From a virus, in the IMG/VR virus record IMGVR_UViG_3300033064_006579, positions 32,001 through 96,000 of that record: a DNA stretch of 64,000 nt. One strand, written 5' to 3'. The position numbers and the translations under genes are program-made. The notes beneath the pieces are model-generated. The model had not been told where the DNA came from. It ran no database searches and was given only the letters and a program-made list of their open reading frames with translations. Each line of letters opens with the position of its first letter. Position 1 is the stretch's first letter. Positions 63,723 through 64,000 of the stretch are shown here, piece by piece.

Positions 63723-63995
63723 TTTGTTCTGCCTCCGGGCACACAACGGCTAAACCAATAAACAATACGGCTCCGTATATCAAGGCCATTATAATCGCAT
63801 CGATGCCAAATATAAGGCCCATCATCGCCAGCCCGCCAAATAAATTAAATATCCATATTACTTTTGCCATCTACTTTATCCCTTATTTTAAAGGTTAATC
63901 GCATTTTACCCTATCCATTGTGATACAAGCGTCAACAAAGAAATCGTCTGGACGCGCGGATTTCACATCTTTGCATTTCGTTTTGCCTCCGGGCA
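63706..63995. repeat. 36-bp direct repeat (63706-63741 and 63960-63995) flanking a small gene
   Basis: ATTTCACATCTTTGCATTT(T/C)GTT(C/T)TGCCTCCGGGCA; two mismatches. Confidence 0.9.
63709..63870 (-). CDS. Small two-helix membrane protein (53 aa)
   Basis: Manual: MAKVIWIFNLFGGLAMMGLIFGIDAIIMALIYGAVLFIGLAVVCPEAEQNAKM. Confidence 0.55.
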   Translation of the reverse strand: MAKVIWIFNLFGGLAMMGLIFGIDAIIMALIYGAVLFIGLAVVCPEAEQNAKM

Positions 63996-64000
63996 TTCAA

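Overview
A 64 kb segment of a tailed dsDNA phage with a siphovirus-like, lambda/TP901-type tail. Essentially all real genes are on the minus strand, and the plus-strand ORFs in the track are shadows. A bacterial host is indicated by sigma70-type promoters, strong GGAGG ribosome-binding sites and a tRNA-Gly with U73. In transcription order (right to left) the window holds: (1) NeuB-family synthase, B12-dependent radical SAM enzyme, tRNA-Gly(UCC) and small ORFs; (2) an array of five integron attC-like sites bounding small gene cassettes at 57.8-59.1 kb, with no integrase in the window; (3) TerS, TerL, portal, NUMOD3-HNH, M15 peptidase and a 1697-aa MuF polyvalent/toxin protein followed by four small genes; (4) protease/scaffold, two decoration-like proteins, major capsid protein and an O-antigen-ligase/O-OTase-like membrane protein; (5) connector genes, duplicated tail tube genes, a -1 frameshifted tail chaperone, tape measure, gpM/L/K/J-like tail tip, fibre proteins, a C93 cysteine peptidase and a holin; (6) an early region with a type II hammerhead ribozyme, an ArdC-like protein and an RHH protein; (7) a Hel308-like helicase, a cluster of large structured tRNA-scaffold RNAs, an UvsW-like helicase, primase, an initiator with an internal 21-bp inverted repeat, and a partial DnaB. 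The strongest candidates for an undescribed system are the phage-borne attC cassette array (all five R' boxes read ATT instead of GTT, and the ORFs run into the attC), the family of expanded tRNA-like ncRNAs, and an S-G-x-S/T motif enriched in virion proteins alongside glycan-related enzymes. All calls come from manual reading; no database searches were run.
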